In this document: positions 14,097 to 27,532 of the stretch, in pieces
Layout of the letters: every line of letters starts with the position of its first letter
How positions within the stretch are numbered: position 1 is the stretch's first letter
Source: Adineta vaga
Lineage: Eukaryota; Animalia; Rotifera
Direction of reading: 5' to 3'
Assembly (NCBI GenBank): GCA_021613535.1
Contig: CP075493.1
Coordinates: forward strand, 5,704,001-5,768,000
DNA: 64,000 nucleotides
Notes under the pieces: model-generated
Database searches by the model: none
Told to the model about the DNA's origin: nothing
The model's input: only the letters and a program-made list of their open reading frames with translations
Translations under genes and position numbers: made by a program

Positions 14097-14710
14097 TTAT
14101 TCACTGTAGTGATCGGAGTGATCAATTCGCACTTGTTTACTTTTACTTGTCTTGGTAACATCCCATAGGCCTTGCGATTCAAGTTCATTTGCTATTTGTG
14201 TTGCTGTACACGCCATACAGTAATGTGATGCACAATAATCTTCACAACAAGAACCCTAAAGACAGCAAAATAAAACGTTTTAACACTTTTTTCTTCTTTT
14301 CTATACAATCGACAAACTTCAATACGTCGTGCGGTTCGAAGTTTTGTTCGAAGATAAGGTAATGAACATGGCATACAACCGATAAACGGGTTTTCTCCGC
14401 TATATTTTGCTAATTTACGTCCCATACAACATGAACAGAAGCATGCATAACAACCTGAATTGAAAAAAAACAACCCGTTTGAATCGTAAGAATGCAAGGG
14501 AGAGAGAGAGAAAGGTTAAGCTTACATCGACCAATTGGTGAACATGAACAGAGTTTTGTATGCCATTGATTCTCGAAATCCCAAACATTATGTGGATCAT
14601 ATTGTCTTTTGTATGCTGTTGCATGATTATGTTGTGTCAAACTAAATAAGATCAATTGAGCAGAAAATAGGTCAAATTTTCATTGTAAAATCTCACATTG
14701 TTCGACTCAT
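14097..14710 (-). CDS. PLAC8/cornifelin-family Cys-rich protein (copy B), 4 exons
   Basis: QWHTKLCSC../CCYACFCSCCMGRKLAKYSGEN...YLRTKLRTARRIE/GSCCEDYCASHYCMACTATQIANELE. Confidence 0.87.
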
Positions 14711-15778
14711 TCTTGTTTTTCCTTTGGACAACTTCAATTCTATGCGAATGTTGTTCTTGTTCAATTTACTTGTTTTATTTTTATATTTGATTAGAAATAA
14801 TGAAAAAAGAAATGGATTAAGATTATTCTAATAGAATATTATTTGTCAATACGTGATTGAAAAAATACAATTGTTCTAATATTAATCAATTCAATGCTTG
14901 TATTTCTTTCTCTCTCTCTCTCTATATTCTGTTTTTCCGCTTGTCATACGATACGATTGATTGACAATCATTTACATTTTTATTGCATTGACATTCAAAG
15001 AGGTAAAAAAAAAACAGAAAGCATACGTAAGAAAAATTTCTAGGGTTTTACTCCGAAGAAATGATTTCAAATGAACTCAGATAACATTGATTGATTATTT
15101 TTCTGTTTGTATAGAGAAAAGTTCATATTGATCATTGATAATGAAACAAGGTAACTAAAGACTCGAAGAATTTCAGTTGTTTCTCAATCACTGTTTACTT
15201 TTTTCTTTTTCGGTAACTTAGAAATCTGAGACAACAACAAAAAACTCTAACATTGCCATAAACTAGTAACTAAAGTTTAAAATGCGTTGTTCAAACAATG
15301 TCAATGGAGACGTCGAATAAAATGCACGTACCGGCATAGAGAAGAAGTAAAAAAATCGATCTCATTGCAATCATCTATCAATTTACGTCGATTAAAATAA
15401 CAAAAAAAGCGAGTTTTCTTTTTCGATAGACAACAGGAGGATATATTTATTTGTCTTAGATAAAGTTTTACTATTGTATAATGATAAGAAATAAAGAGTA
15501 CTCATTGGAATATGTCGAAATGTGATTGAATTCTACAACTTTGTCTCTTTTCTTAATGAAGTATTGACTATAAGTATATACAAGATGACTTGGACAAATT
15601 TACATCTTGTTAGTGTAAACTTGCTTTCGTCATTTCTCCTTATATTCAATATTATTAATTCGAATTCGTTGTATTTATAAAAATTCTCAAAACAAACAAA
15701 CAAAACAACATATAATTTAAAAAACAACATATGTAGGTTTTTTAGTATAATACAGCTAAAAATGAAAAAAAAAAGAAA

Positions 15779-18700
15779 CTACACAAATATACCCTCATCA
15801 CGGCTACGTTCGACATTTGTTTCGTGATTATTTTTCAAAATAAATTTTTTCGTATCTCGATGAAAATCATTCAAAGAATTTATCTCGCGTATTTGTGAAT
15901 CATTTTTCGGGTTAATTAACATCGCATTTTCAACAATCAAATGATTTTGTTCAATTTTAAGATAGGGAGAAAAATGACGAGCTTTCTCTCGATAATTATT
16001 GTCAGGTGAATAATGATTACGTTGCGTTGGTTTGATTATTTGTTTATCGAGAAAATAGTAAGGTTCAGGCGTTGAGGAAGAAAATTCGAAATGATTTAAT
16101 TTTGTTGCTGTTTGAAAACTTGCGCGACGTTGCATTGCTGAAGGAATCGAATTTGAATCGTTGGCTTGTTCATGTTGACAATCGGTTGATGAAAGAACAG
16201 TACGATTTCGATTGATTGGTAAAGTTTTTGTTGTACGTTCGGATAGATCAGATGTTGAATTAAGTGCACGATCAAGATCTGTTTCTTTGAATGTATTTCG
16301 TCGATTGGAAATGGCTTCATCATTGGCTGCGTAGATACTCTTAAATGGTTGATTATGACGATATAATGAGGAAGATTCATAGGATAATAGATGATCTTTT
16401 GATCGATAAGGACGAACAGGATATGTTGTTCCATTGCCATTTTGTTTAACATGAACTAAATAAAAAAAAGAAATTATTGTTTAATTTGATGTCGAAATCA
16501 GTTATATAGATAAACATTGTAATGCATAACATGTTTATTCGATAAGTCAGATCTAATTTGATAGTTTACTCATCAGACTCGAAGATAATCTGAATAGAAA
16601 ATTCTTCGTTACTCCTTCACTACATCATCATTATTTATAGAAAAATATTTTCTTTTACCTAAAGACATTTTTCCATTCGAATTACTATGAGAATTATGGT
16701 TTTGATATGTCAGGTCTAAAAAAAAACAACAAACGCAAGAATTTATTATTTTCATCATTATTTCAATTGAAACTTACTTTCGATATGTCCATTTGTTTTT
16801 CGTTTACTAGGTGTAGTTTTTCGTGCTTTATTACATGAACAACAGATTAAAACAAGTGAACCAAGACACGCTCCAATAATCAAAAGAGCCATAAAAGGCC
16901 AATAGGTACGAGTTTTTTCTGCAAATGTTTGATCTATATAATTCGATATTTTTATCCTCGGTTTTTGTTTTAATGAAAAATTTACCTCTGGGTTTACCAA
17001 CTTTAATTGAATAACTTCGATCGAAATTATCTCCATATTTATTTTTTGTAAAAACAAGAAAATCATGATGATATTCAGATTTAAGACCAGGAAGGATAAA
17101 TGCACAATTACCTAAAAGAATAATCGAATGATATTTTCCAAATCAACAAAATTTTTATCAACCTTTTAAACGTGCATGTTCTGAATAAGAGCCATTCTGT
17201 TGTCGTTTATACATATAACAAAAAAAATCTTCATCACCTTGATGATATCCTGCTATACAATTAACAGTTAATGTCGAATTTATATATGTATAATGACATG
17301 ATTGAATTGGATCAGGTATCGCTAAATAAAACAAAAACAAAAAATGAGAATATTCATCGATAATTGCATTTTCTTACCTCCTAAAATCATATTAACATGA
17401 CATTCACCAGATAAACCTAAATTGTTTTGTGCTCGACAAGTAACTTGTCCAAAATCAGTATTATGCGTCGGAAGATATGTAATATAACTTGATGATGTAT
17501 TAAGATAAGATCCTAAATGAATATTGCCATTCGGTAAATGCCAAGTAAAATTGATTTTTGCTGGATTTCCATTCGACATATGACATGTTAAATTAATTGT
17601 TCGATTAATACCAGTATACAATTGGATGGGAAATAAAGTCTTCTGAGAACATATTGGACTGTCTAAAAAGAGAACATAATATTATTATCATTATCTAGTT
17701 TTTGTTCTTTAATCATCAAATATGTCTCTTTTGTTGACATACGAACACATGCATCAATGATATCCGTCAGACAATTATACATGTGTAATAATATTAACAA
17801 AACATCATTGAATTAATCGTTAACTTCTCACGACTGTTATTCGATTAATAAACGAACTATGAATGATTTGTTTCTTGTATGAAAAGAAAAAAAGGAAACT
17901 ATCCAGTTGAATTTCTACACAACTGACATTGTTTCAGCTACTTAACCTTCTGTATACATCTTATACACTATCTTTAAATGTCAGTAATCAAGCAGAGAAA
18001 CAATACGAGACATGATAATTCGTTGTTTGCCCTTTTCTATCTATCCTCTTCTTCATTATTTTCAAAACAAAAGCAACAAGAATTTATCGCATGAAAATAA
18101 ATAGCCTACTTATAGAAAGATTTTCTCAGGAAAAAAAACCGAGAAAATTTCATTAGAAAAATGAAACTATACTATATAAGAAGAGTCATAAATCGTATAT
18201 AATGATCAAGAATAGAAATTCTATTACATTTTCTTTTCTTTTCTTTTCTTCTCCTCTTGTTCCTATAGAGTAATGATGAGAAGAACATATCGCATAACTT
18301 TTCTTTTTCCTCATTGTAAGAGATATATAGTTCAAAGATGTACTATACACATATATAGACTAGCTAATAACTAAACTCTCGTCGATATCAAAGAATACGA
18401 CAGGAGGAAAAGAAGACTCATCAAGACTGTTGTTGATTAATAACATGTCAATTTTAATTGGTTCTAAAATTGGGCACCAATCCGTATGTATAAGAAAGAG
18501 AAATTTCTTTATACAACATCTGTTACCTCAAATTCATTGACTTTTACATTAAGATGATCATATTTGAACTCCTACTGTTCATCATTACTAAATCATAGAT
18601 TATAGGAAAAACATACCAATAGTCTATTTAATACTTGGATAAGAAAGCAGATTCTCGCCCTCGAGTTATGTTTCCTTTTTGTCTCGTATATACATACTTC

Positions 18701-21148
18701 TATTCCATGTGGAAATGTCTCAGAAGCAATCAAGCGAAAAATGAGTGGCAATGTAAAGGAGAAAAGAAAATGGAGAAGGGTGTTGCCTAAATTGAATGAG
18801 ACAAGGAATCGGTCAATAGTCTGACAAGTAAAATAGAATTAAAAAGAAAAACTAGAGGCGGTACGATATGTAAATTAAAAATGACGACTTTGTTATAATT
18901 TTCCTTCACTTACAAGCAACATCCATTTGTAAAGTATTGGAGAGAATTCGAAGTTGTTGAACATTTTGTTCAACTTTTATAGTTGGTAGTTGATTTGCTT
19001 GACAATAAAAAGTACGTTTATGTAAAGAACGATTAATTCGAACTATTAAAACGAGTATCGTTCGATAAGTTTTATCGTTATTTTCAATAGTCGAATTTCT
19101 TTCTACACGATAATCAATATCAAATGGAAAATGAAGTGTAGCAGCTGGTAAAGCTCGTGATACAACACATGTAAGACGTATTAATTGATTTTCACGAATA
19201 TGAATGTGTCCATTAGTTAATATCAATGATTGTTGTACAAGATTAGGATCAGTTTGATTTAAGAGATAATCTTTTGTTGAATCTTGATTTGAAATTAACT
19301 GTGCACCAAGTTCGACTGTTGTTATCCGAACTAGAAAGAAAATACCGATTATTTAACAATCGATTACAATGAATACCGAAAGTGTATTCATAGTACCATT
19401 TTATATGTATGTGTGTACGTTTTTCTTTCTTTATATAGTTATAATAACACACACAATGAATCAGTGAGAATAAAAAAGAGAGAAAGTGTGTATGAGAAAC
19501 AATTTAATGAACGGAAATATAGAATTATGATCTATACATTGTATAGAAAAAAAAAGAAGGGACGAGAAAAAGAATAATAGACCAACTATGAGTAGTAAAA
19601 CGATAGATGCTATTCATTGACTAGGACAATACCCGATACATTAAATAATAGAAAAGGATGGAAATGAACAGATCGATAGAAAAATGATGAGGAATGATTT
19701 CATCTATTCAGATAGAATTCTACACTTGTAATAGTTCAAGAAAGGTCAAAGTTTTAACTTTGTCCATCTCAAGAGACATATGTGATAATTTCTTGTCAAA
19801 ATGATTTCATTCTTATTCTGTAAGATGCGACGAAGCTTAAAAGGACAAACGAAGAATATAAATATCATTTGACGAACTAAGTATAGATCTATCAAATTCA
19901 TCGCTACATATTCAATTGTATTTGAGAAACACTTGATGTAATCTTTGTTGATGTGCTATCGATCATTTAGAGGCGTGTATATAACTATTACAAAAGAGAA
20001 GAATCAGAAATAATTTCGAAGAAAGTATATAACACGCATTCTTCTCATTCTATCAACATTAGATGAATATAGATTAGTCAAGTTGCCTAATAGTTACTTC
20101 TGTCTGAACTCTGAAGAAGGATACAATATCAATCGTTCAAACTATGAATTATGGATATCAAATGGCACAATATGTGAGGAGAAATATAATCGAATATCTA
20201 TCAACAAATCTTGTCTATATGAAAAGAAATAAATACATTTTCAAAACCAATTTATTCAATCTATATCCGAAGTAATGCAAAGTTATTCTAGAGTGCGCTA
20301 GTTACCGATAGAGAAAAAAAACAGAAGAACATCATCATCATCATCATCATCATCATCTTACAACTTACTCAATATAGTCTCAATTCGATTTTGAAAATTA
20401 CATAGAAGTATAAATATAAAATCATCGATCTAAAATTGGTTGTTAGAATGAATAAATATCTTCGTTGATTTTATTGACAAGAGTAATTCTATTAGAATAT
20501 AAAAGCGTTTTTTGTGTCTGACATCTTGATCGAAAAAGCAACAAATTCATCTAACCGGATGTCAAGCTAACTAATTCATTTAATTATAAACCATTCGAGA
20601 AATAAATAAATATAAAAAAAAAGAACAAAGTGAATACACTCAGAAAAACAAGAACTTCGAAGATAATTTCTTTATCGTCGAACTTAATAAAGAATCTTTT
20701 TATCGTAAAGAAAAGTCTGTCTGATGGATAAAAATAGAATTACTCTCAAATTACATTACTTTCTTTCATCATGTCAATTCTTACCTATAACAGTTAAATT
20801 GAACTGTTGAATTGATCCAAGTGTTTCACATTCGTAAATACCCGAATCATTCGATTGAACTTGACGAATATGTAAAATTGATGCTTGTGAATTTTTCTTA
20901 TCTTGTTCTAAAGCCATTCTTGAACGAAATGCTGATAGAACAATTCCATATCTAGTCACCAATAAATTTGGTCGTTTCCACCAAGCGACATCGATTAAAT
21001 CACATAAGAAATGAACATCTTCATTTTCGGAACGTGATACATTTTCCAAACGACTATTATCTTCATTATTACTATTAATCATCGTTATTTTATAAGAAAA
21101 TAAAATAAACAATAAAATCAATAACTGATTAGAATCAATTGTATACAT
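15779..21148 (-). CDS. Sidestep/nephrin-like Ig-superfamily type I membrane protein (~8 coding exons)
   Basis: Signal peptide; Ig-V (LHIRQVQSNDSGIYEC); C2-set Ig (LTCVVSRALPAA); I-set Ig (LTCHMSNGNP..FTW..DFGQVTCRAQNNLG); FN3-like (PDPIQSC..LTVNCIAGY); TM (WPFMALLIIGACLGSLVLICC); long cytoplasmic tail ending in EGIFV. Confidence 0.8.
20330..20357. repeat. (CAT)n microsatellite
   Basis: Run of catcatcat... in an intron of the IgSF gene. Confidence 0.8.
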
Positions 21149-23637
21149 GTGACGACAATGATATCAACATAGTCGTCAATCTAGTTAAAGAAAGTATTAT
21201 CTGGAAATAAAAGAAAAGTCGAGGTTTTCTATTCTCTTTGTGTTAGAGAAAAAGCAAAAAGGTCATCAGTAAAAGACTTAGAAATGTCGTCTGGTTTATC
21301 ATTTAGTGAATGATGATGATGATGTCATCATATATATATAAATGTAGAAGATTGAATGTCAAATTCATGTCAATAGAAGTTTTTTTATTTGACAAACCTG
21401 TATACTTGACTTTGATTTGAAAAGAAATGAAATGAAATGAATAGAGTTCATTATAATTGTTAGTTTTGCATTAATATATTTCATATGTCATGTTAAGATA
21501 AAGTAGAAGGAATTGATTTAGTAAATAAACGTGTTAGAGCGAGATAGAAGAAGATACAGACATTTGGTATATTAACAGTATGAGATAATCATGTTCAGAT
21601 AGAGAAACACAAAAAGAAAAGAAAAAGGAAGAGTCAATAGATGTAAACTATCAGTCATTTTTCTTTTGGTAGTGTTACTAATCATAACATGCTTTACAAG
21701 TTGAGACTATCGTTTGATTGTCTAACAAAAATAATAATCACCTCTGACGCGTGAAACAATTTTTATCGGATGTCCAGTCATGTTTTATTCTTCGACATAC
21801 TCAACTCGATTAATCGAATGACTTCCTAATTCCCTCTAGTATACTGTCTTTTCGTCTCTGTCGGCTATAAACTTACTATTGTTGTCAAATTTTATTATCG
21901 AATGATGTACTCTCTACTGTGTTGTTGTTTTTTTTCTTCTTCCTAATTTAGAGTTCTTGTATAAACAGATTGATCTCTCTCTCTTCTTCTTCTTATCATC
22001 AAGTAACTGATGATGTCTGTTCAGGATCATCGACAGTGTTCTCATCATCAATGTGTCAGATTGAATGCAGAAATAGATCGAAAGGTGAATAACAATAATA
22101 AATCGACAAAACAAGATAGAAGCCATAATGCTAATCCCTCACTCTACTCATTTGTTTGTTCGTCTACTTGCCGATAACAATAGTCAGATAAATCATTACG
22201 AGACTTATCTTGTAAGCAAAGAAAATAATTATCAGTCGACACACTTTAATTGATTAGTAAAATATATTCATTTCACTTACCTCTCCGAAAAATAACAAAA
22301 AGAAGAACAATTATATCAAGCAGAATACCAGTGTTGATTGAAGTACAAATAGTTTGATCAATATGAATACACTAGAGATTTTCTTTCTTTCTTTCTTTTT
22401 TTTTGTTCTCTTTCTATTTCTCTCTTGCTCTCCTGAGGGAATAAATCATTGTGAGACAATAGCCGATGATCTAAATGAGCACGTTCAATGGGACTAACCA
22501 TCGGTTAAGGATAAAATAAAATATAAAAAAAGAAGAGAAAAGCAAATAAGCAATAGAATAAATGAGGTCATCTTCAGACAGGTGCTTGACAAGCAGACAA
22601 AAGAGAATGCAAAAAAAGATTTTTCCGGGAAATAGTTAATCGATTTACCTCGTAAATGATCAGTTCTCTCTTTCTCCTGATTTCTGCAGACAAATTCAAT
22701 TTTGTATCGATACATACTTTAATCATACTTAGCGTTAAAATTAAACATCAAGTATTCTCTTTTTCACTTCATTTCCTATTTCATTAGAAAGATTCGTTTT
22801 TTTTCGCCGCCGATCAACTCTTTCTCTCTTTTCTAATTGCTCAATCAGCTAATCGGAAACCTGTTATCAGGATGAAAAAAAAAATGATTCATACATATGT
22901 TTCATTTCGTCTTATACATCTCACTAAATTCTATACGTTTGAATTAACTTACTAATTGTCAAGATGTATGTTAGTTTAATATACGATCATTTTTCTTCTT
23001 TTTTTTGACTAATAAGTACCTATTCATTGTTGATTTTCGTTGAACAAACAAGTCGTTAAGAGTCGCGTGCTTGTTAATAAAGACAAATGACATGCAAAAA
23101 ATAAACACGTCCGTCTGTCTGTCTTTCCAGTATCGTTGAAATGAACAATTAAGTGAGAGATTATCAGATTTTTCTTTCTTTCTCCATTTGACAATTGTTT
23201 TAAATAAACCATACAGGTTGAAATATGTTGGTGAACAATCATATATAATATTCAAAGAGAAAACGACGCACGAGACCAGTCTTGTCAACCTTGACATAGA
23301 ATGCTTCACTCGCTCGTCTTCATCGCATCATCATCATTATTGTTTGATGAATTTATTCGAGCGTCGCACAGGTTTCCAACAGTAGGAAGAGAGAAAGAGA
23401 GAGGGAGAGGAAAAAGAAACTCTGATTATATTATTATTATTTCCTTTCATTCTCTTTCATCGTATTCGTCTCTTTGACAATTGAGATCTATTGCATATCT
23501 GAATCGCATCATACACACCTAACATTCTTCGTTTGGTTTCCGATTAAAAATTAACCCTTTATGTTATTCGTACTCGTTCGTCGATGCACATTGTGAACAC
23601 TACAGCATATAGAGTTAATTATACAGACAGTCTTTTC

Positions 23638-23659
23638 CCATCATCATCATCATCATCAT
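23638..23659. repeat. (CAT)n microsatellite
   Basis: Intergenic catcatcat run. Confidence 0.75.
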
Positions 23660-25072
23660 TGCTATGGATATGGAGTACAGAGGAAAGAAAGTGATTACTT
23701 TTCTAATGAAAAAGAAAAACGACTGTTAATTTTGTCATAAAACTAATGAAGAAAATATAATTAATCAATTGTAACAAGATTACTAAAGAATATATGAAAT
23801 CAATTGATGAACAGATTTAACTTAAAGATCAATTATTCTCATAATAACAAAAGAACATTTGCTGAAGATGTAATCGATTACTTAGAATAAATAATTGTTC
23901 GCTTCGCCGTCGTCGTTTTTTTTTGCGTAAGACGCGAGAAAGCGTGCGTGTATGCATACGAATATATCATCAATTAATACATAACAAATTATTTATTTAA
24001 AACATCATGGGTAGAGAAATATTGAAGTTGAAAAAACGATGAAGTCGTCGTGTAAAATAAAAAATGAACTGATTAATACATGTATATACAAATTTATAAA
24101 TTGATGATGCAATATGAACATACATTCGAAAGTGTCTGATGAGAAAATTTTCATATTTGACCATATACCAAATCGACCTTTTATTAAAAATTTGAATTGG
24201 TAAAAGACAACCGAAATATCTATTCATGATCAAAAAAAAGGTTTTTTTTTCTCTCACTCTCTATCTTTCGTCTGAATTTCATAGTTCTATTGATCAGAAA
24301 TGATGATAATCAATGATATTATCTGAAGATCATGATCTAGTTTGTTAGTTTGTTGATTGAGAAAAGACATTTGATAAAGATTTCTTTTAAACCTTGAACT
24401 TCATTAGTAGTTTTTTTTCTTATATTTCATTTGATAAACTAGACCTTTATAATATATATATATATATATATTCTGAGTTTTTGATTAACGTTGATTTCGA
24501 CATCAACAGGATTGAGTATCAATTAAACGCAATTAACGAACCAGACAGTCTAATAGGCATAGGAAGAACAATGATAAAAGTAGAGACATCGAAAGTCAAT
24601 AAGACAATGTTCCGCTTGATAATCAATCAAAAGGACATTGTCTTCGAGTTTCCTTGATAGTTTTTCAGTTGTTTAGATATCCCTGATGTTAGTAAAATGA
24701 CAAAGAAAGGAAGGTGATGACGTCTGTCGCATAAAAACAGTCAGGTGGTAGAGGAAATGAACGGTAATCGAAAAAAAAATCTTTTTTCCTTTGCTTTGTA
24801 TATACAAATATATTCATATAGATATCACAGTTCTCGTATGTGAACGGGGGGAGAAAGAGAGAGAGAGAGAGCGAAATGAATGGCGAGAGAAAATGAAAGT
24901 TTGAAGAAGAACCGTTACCAAAATAACTTCGTACATGAGAGGATGGAGATGGACAAAAATGACCTTGTATCGTGTGGTTTGCTTGACTGATTTTCATGAC
25001 AGTATTTAAAATGACAACGAAACGATATTCAGTCTTGTACTTCTTACCAGATAGACAATTCTTCGTAACACT

Positions 25073-27019
25073 ATGGCTGATGAGATATTTGATCAAGCAG
25101 GTATTGATTGATTCCTTTTTCTTTTAGAAATTGTCTACACATATTTACCTTGTATTTTTATTAGATCTTAATAAAGATCAGCGACTTGATTTGAATGAAT
25201 TTCGCAATCTTATTAGTCAAAATCTTGGACCTGGTGCATCGATTTATACGGGTAACATAAATGATGATGGGCAGTATGCAGGAAGGTACTATGATTCTTC
25301 TTCATCAGGAGGATATTTAGATGGAAATAATAGTGCTGGAGGATATAATAATGTTACTGAAGGGTATAGCGGTGTTGCCGATGGTTACAATGGTGTTAGT
25401 GATTTAGGAGGAGGAACCCTGAATGGTGTTGGTAATCATGATGCTAATACAAGTTTTAATTCTTTTGATCAAACATCTTTTGCCTCATCGGTGGGTGGCG
25501 GTGGTGGTAGTGGTAGTATTGTTGGCGGTGCTAATGGTGTTAATGGAGGACTGACATTCGATGCTGAAGGCAATTCAGTTGCTGATAGAACAGTTGGAAC
25601 GGCAGGAGATGTTTCAACATCTTCATTTGATGGAGGCAATAGTCAACAACAAATTCAACAATATGCTACTAATGCACAAGGTCTTTATCAAGATCCTAAT
25701 CCACAAATTATCCGACGTCCAGCACAAGGTGAACAAATAACTTATACTCAAAACATCAAAATTCGATTTCTTCAACCGCCAGCTATCCCACCACCAGGCG
25801 TAAAAGCTTTTTATTTTGTAAATCCTTATATACATATTATTCATATTTAGCCACTGATCATCAAAGAAGTGCGACCACCACAACCACCACCACCACCACC
25901 TCTTGTTGTTCGTCAAAGAGCTCCACCTCGTCCAACCCCACCTCCACTTATTTTACGTGAAAAACCTCCCGCAATACCAGCCGCAACAGGAGCTCAAACC
26001 GGTAAGATCGTGCACATTATATATATATATCAATTTAATTTCTTTCTTCTAGTTATTCGAAAACTTCCTCCTCTTCCTCTTCCACCACGATCAGTCATTA
26101 TCGAACGTTTACCACCAACTCCACCTAAACCACGTATGATCTTTTATTTTTATACTAGCTTTATTTTTCAATTTATCGATCTTTTATTTAACAGGAGATA
26201 TCATCATTGAACGTTGGATTCCATACAATGTCTTAGCAAATCGAAAAACAATTGTTCAACGTGCTGAAGAACCAAAACCCTATCCAAAACCACGTAATGT
26301 TATTATTCAATATGAAGCTCCACAAGTTCGTATTGTTCGACAATTTCAACGTCTGGGTGTTACACCAGAAAATCCACAAGAATATGTTCAACGTTACGGT
26401 ACATCATTATATGATTCACAAACATTAGTACAACAAGCTCGTGCTGCTGGTGTTATTGAGGATATTGTAAGAAATAAACATCTTATAGTCTGATTTATAG
26501 GATTTAATTTTAGTCACCACCAACCAATCTAAGTGGAGCTGGAGGAACATCAACATCATCGTTTAGCAATGAATACGGCAATGTTACACCAGGAGTTGAT
26601 AGTAATGGAATTGGTTCACCAGCATCATTTGATTCTTCAGGTTATGGTGGTCAACAAGGAAGTGCAGAATTTTCAGGTTTTGAAACAGGTCAAAATGGAA
26701 CTGTCGGAGGTTTTAATTCGGCATATGAATCAGGCACGTTTTCATCTCAAGGTGGTAATGGCAGTGGTACAATTCATGGTGATGCAAATGCATCAGGTTA
26801 TCAAAGTTACAGTGGCTCAACTGGTAGTAATATTGATATAGCAAATGCTGCGTTTAACGCTGCTGATCTCAATAAAGATGGTTTAATTGATCCAAATGAA
26901 TTTCGTCAATTTCTTGGTTCACAGCTTCAGTATGTAGATTAATTGATATCTATATATAAGCTTTTTTCTTCTCATCTTCGAACATACCTATCTAAATCAT
27001 GTGTTCTTCTTTTAGATAA
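25073..27019 (+). CDS. EF-hand-capped Gly/Ser-rich, Pro-rich protein (paralogue 1), ~7 exons
   Basis: N-terminal EF-hand (FDQA/DLNKDQRLDLNEF), G/S/N/Y low-complexity region, conserved core (DPNPQIIRRP..IRFLQPP..PLIIKEVRPP..RSVIIERLPP..DIIIERWIPY..RQFQRLGV), second G/S region, C-terminal EF-hand (DLNKDGLIDPNEF). Confidence 0.85.
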
Positions 27020-27532
27020 ATAACTTTTTTCTCTTGATAGAAGTATCAACTGATTTGATTAGTTCACAAACAGAGAGAAAAAAACCGCATTTCCATACTC
27101 CAAAAACCTCTTGTTAGAAGAACAAGGACAATAATTTTCTTTTTTTTTTCATATGTTACACATTCGTTCTGCTTCGCTCTTCTATTCGCCTTGATTATAT
27201 CTTTTACATTAATTTTTTTCATTTCTTTTGCTTTATATTACATTTGCAAATGTATAGATATAAATTACATCAACTCTTGTTTCACTTTTTTTTTGCTTTC
27301 CTTTGCTTCAATAAAGAAAAAACGAAAGAAAGAGTATATGAATTACAATGTACCTTTAATTACGGAAAAACTAATTGTATTTATATTATTCTAGCTATAG
27401 ATACAGTCACGTGATTATCCATAAAATTAAAGAGAAAAGAAGAAAAAATGAGCTAAAAAATGCATTGTGTCTATAAATATAATTGAAAATAAGAAGGTTT
27501 GATTTATTTTCTTCCTTTCATATCATTGTCGT

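Noticed and set aside
21914-25096. Several 65-135 aa ORFs
   Set aside because: Rich in F/I/K/L from AT-rich low-complexity DNA, with no domains or splice-consistent models; probably intronic, UTR or regulatory sequence.
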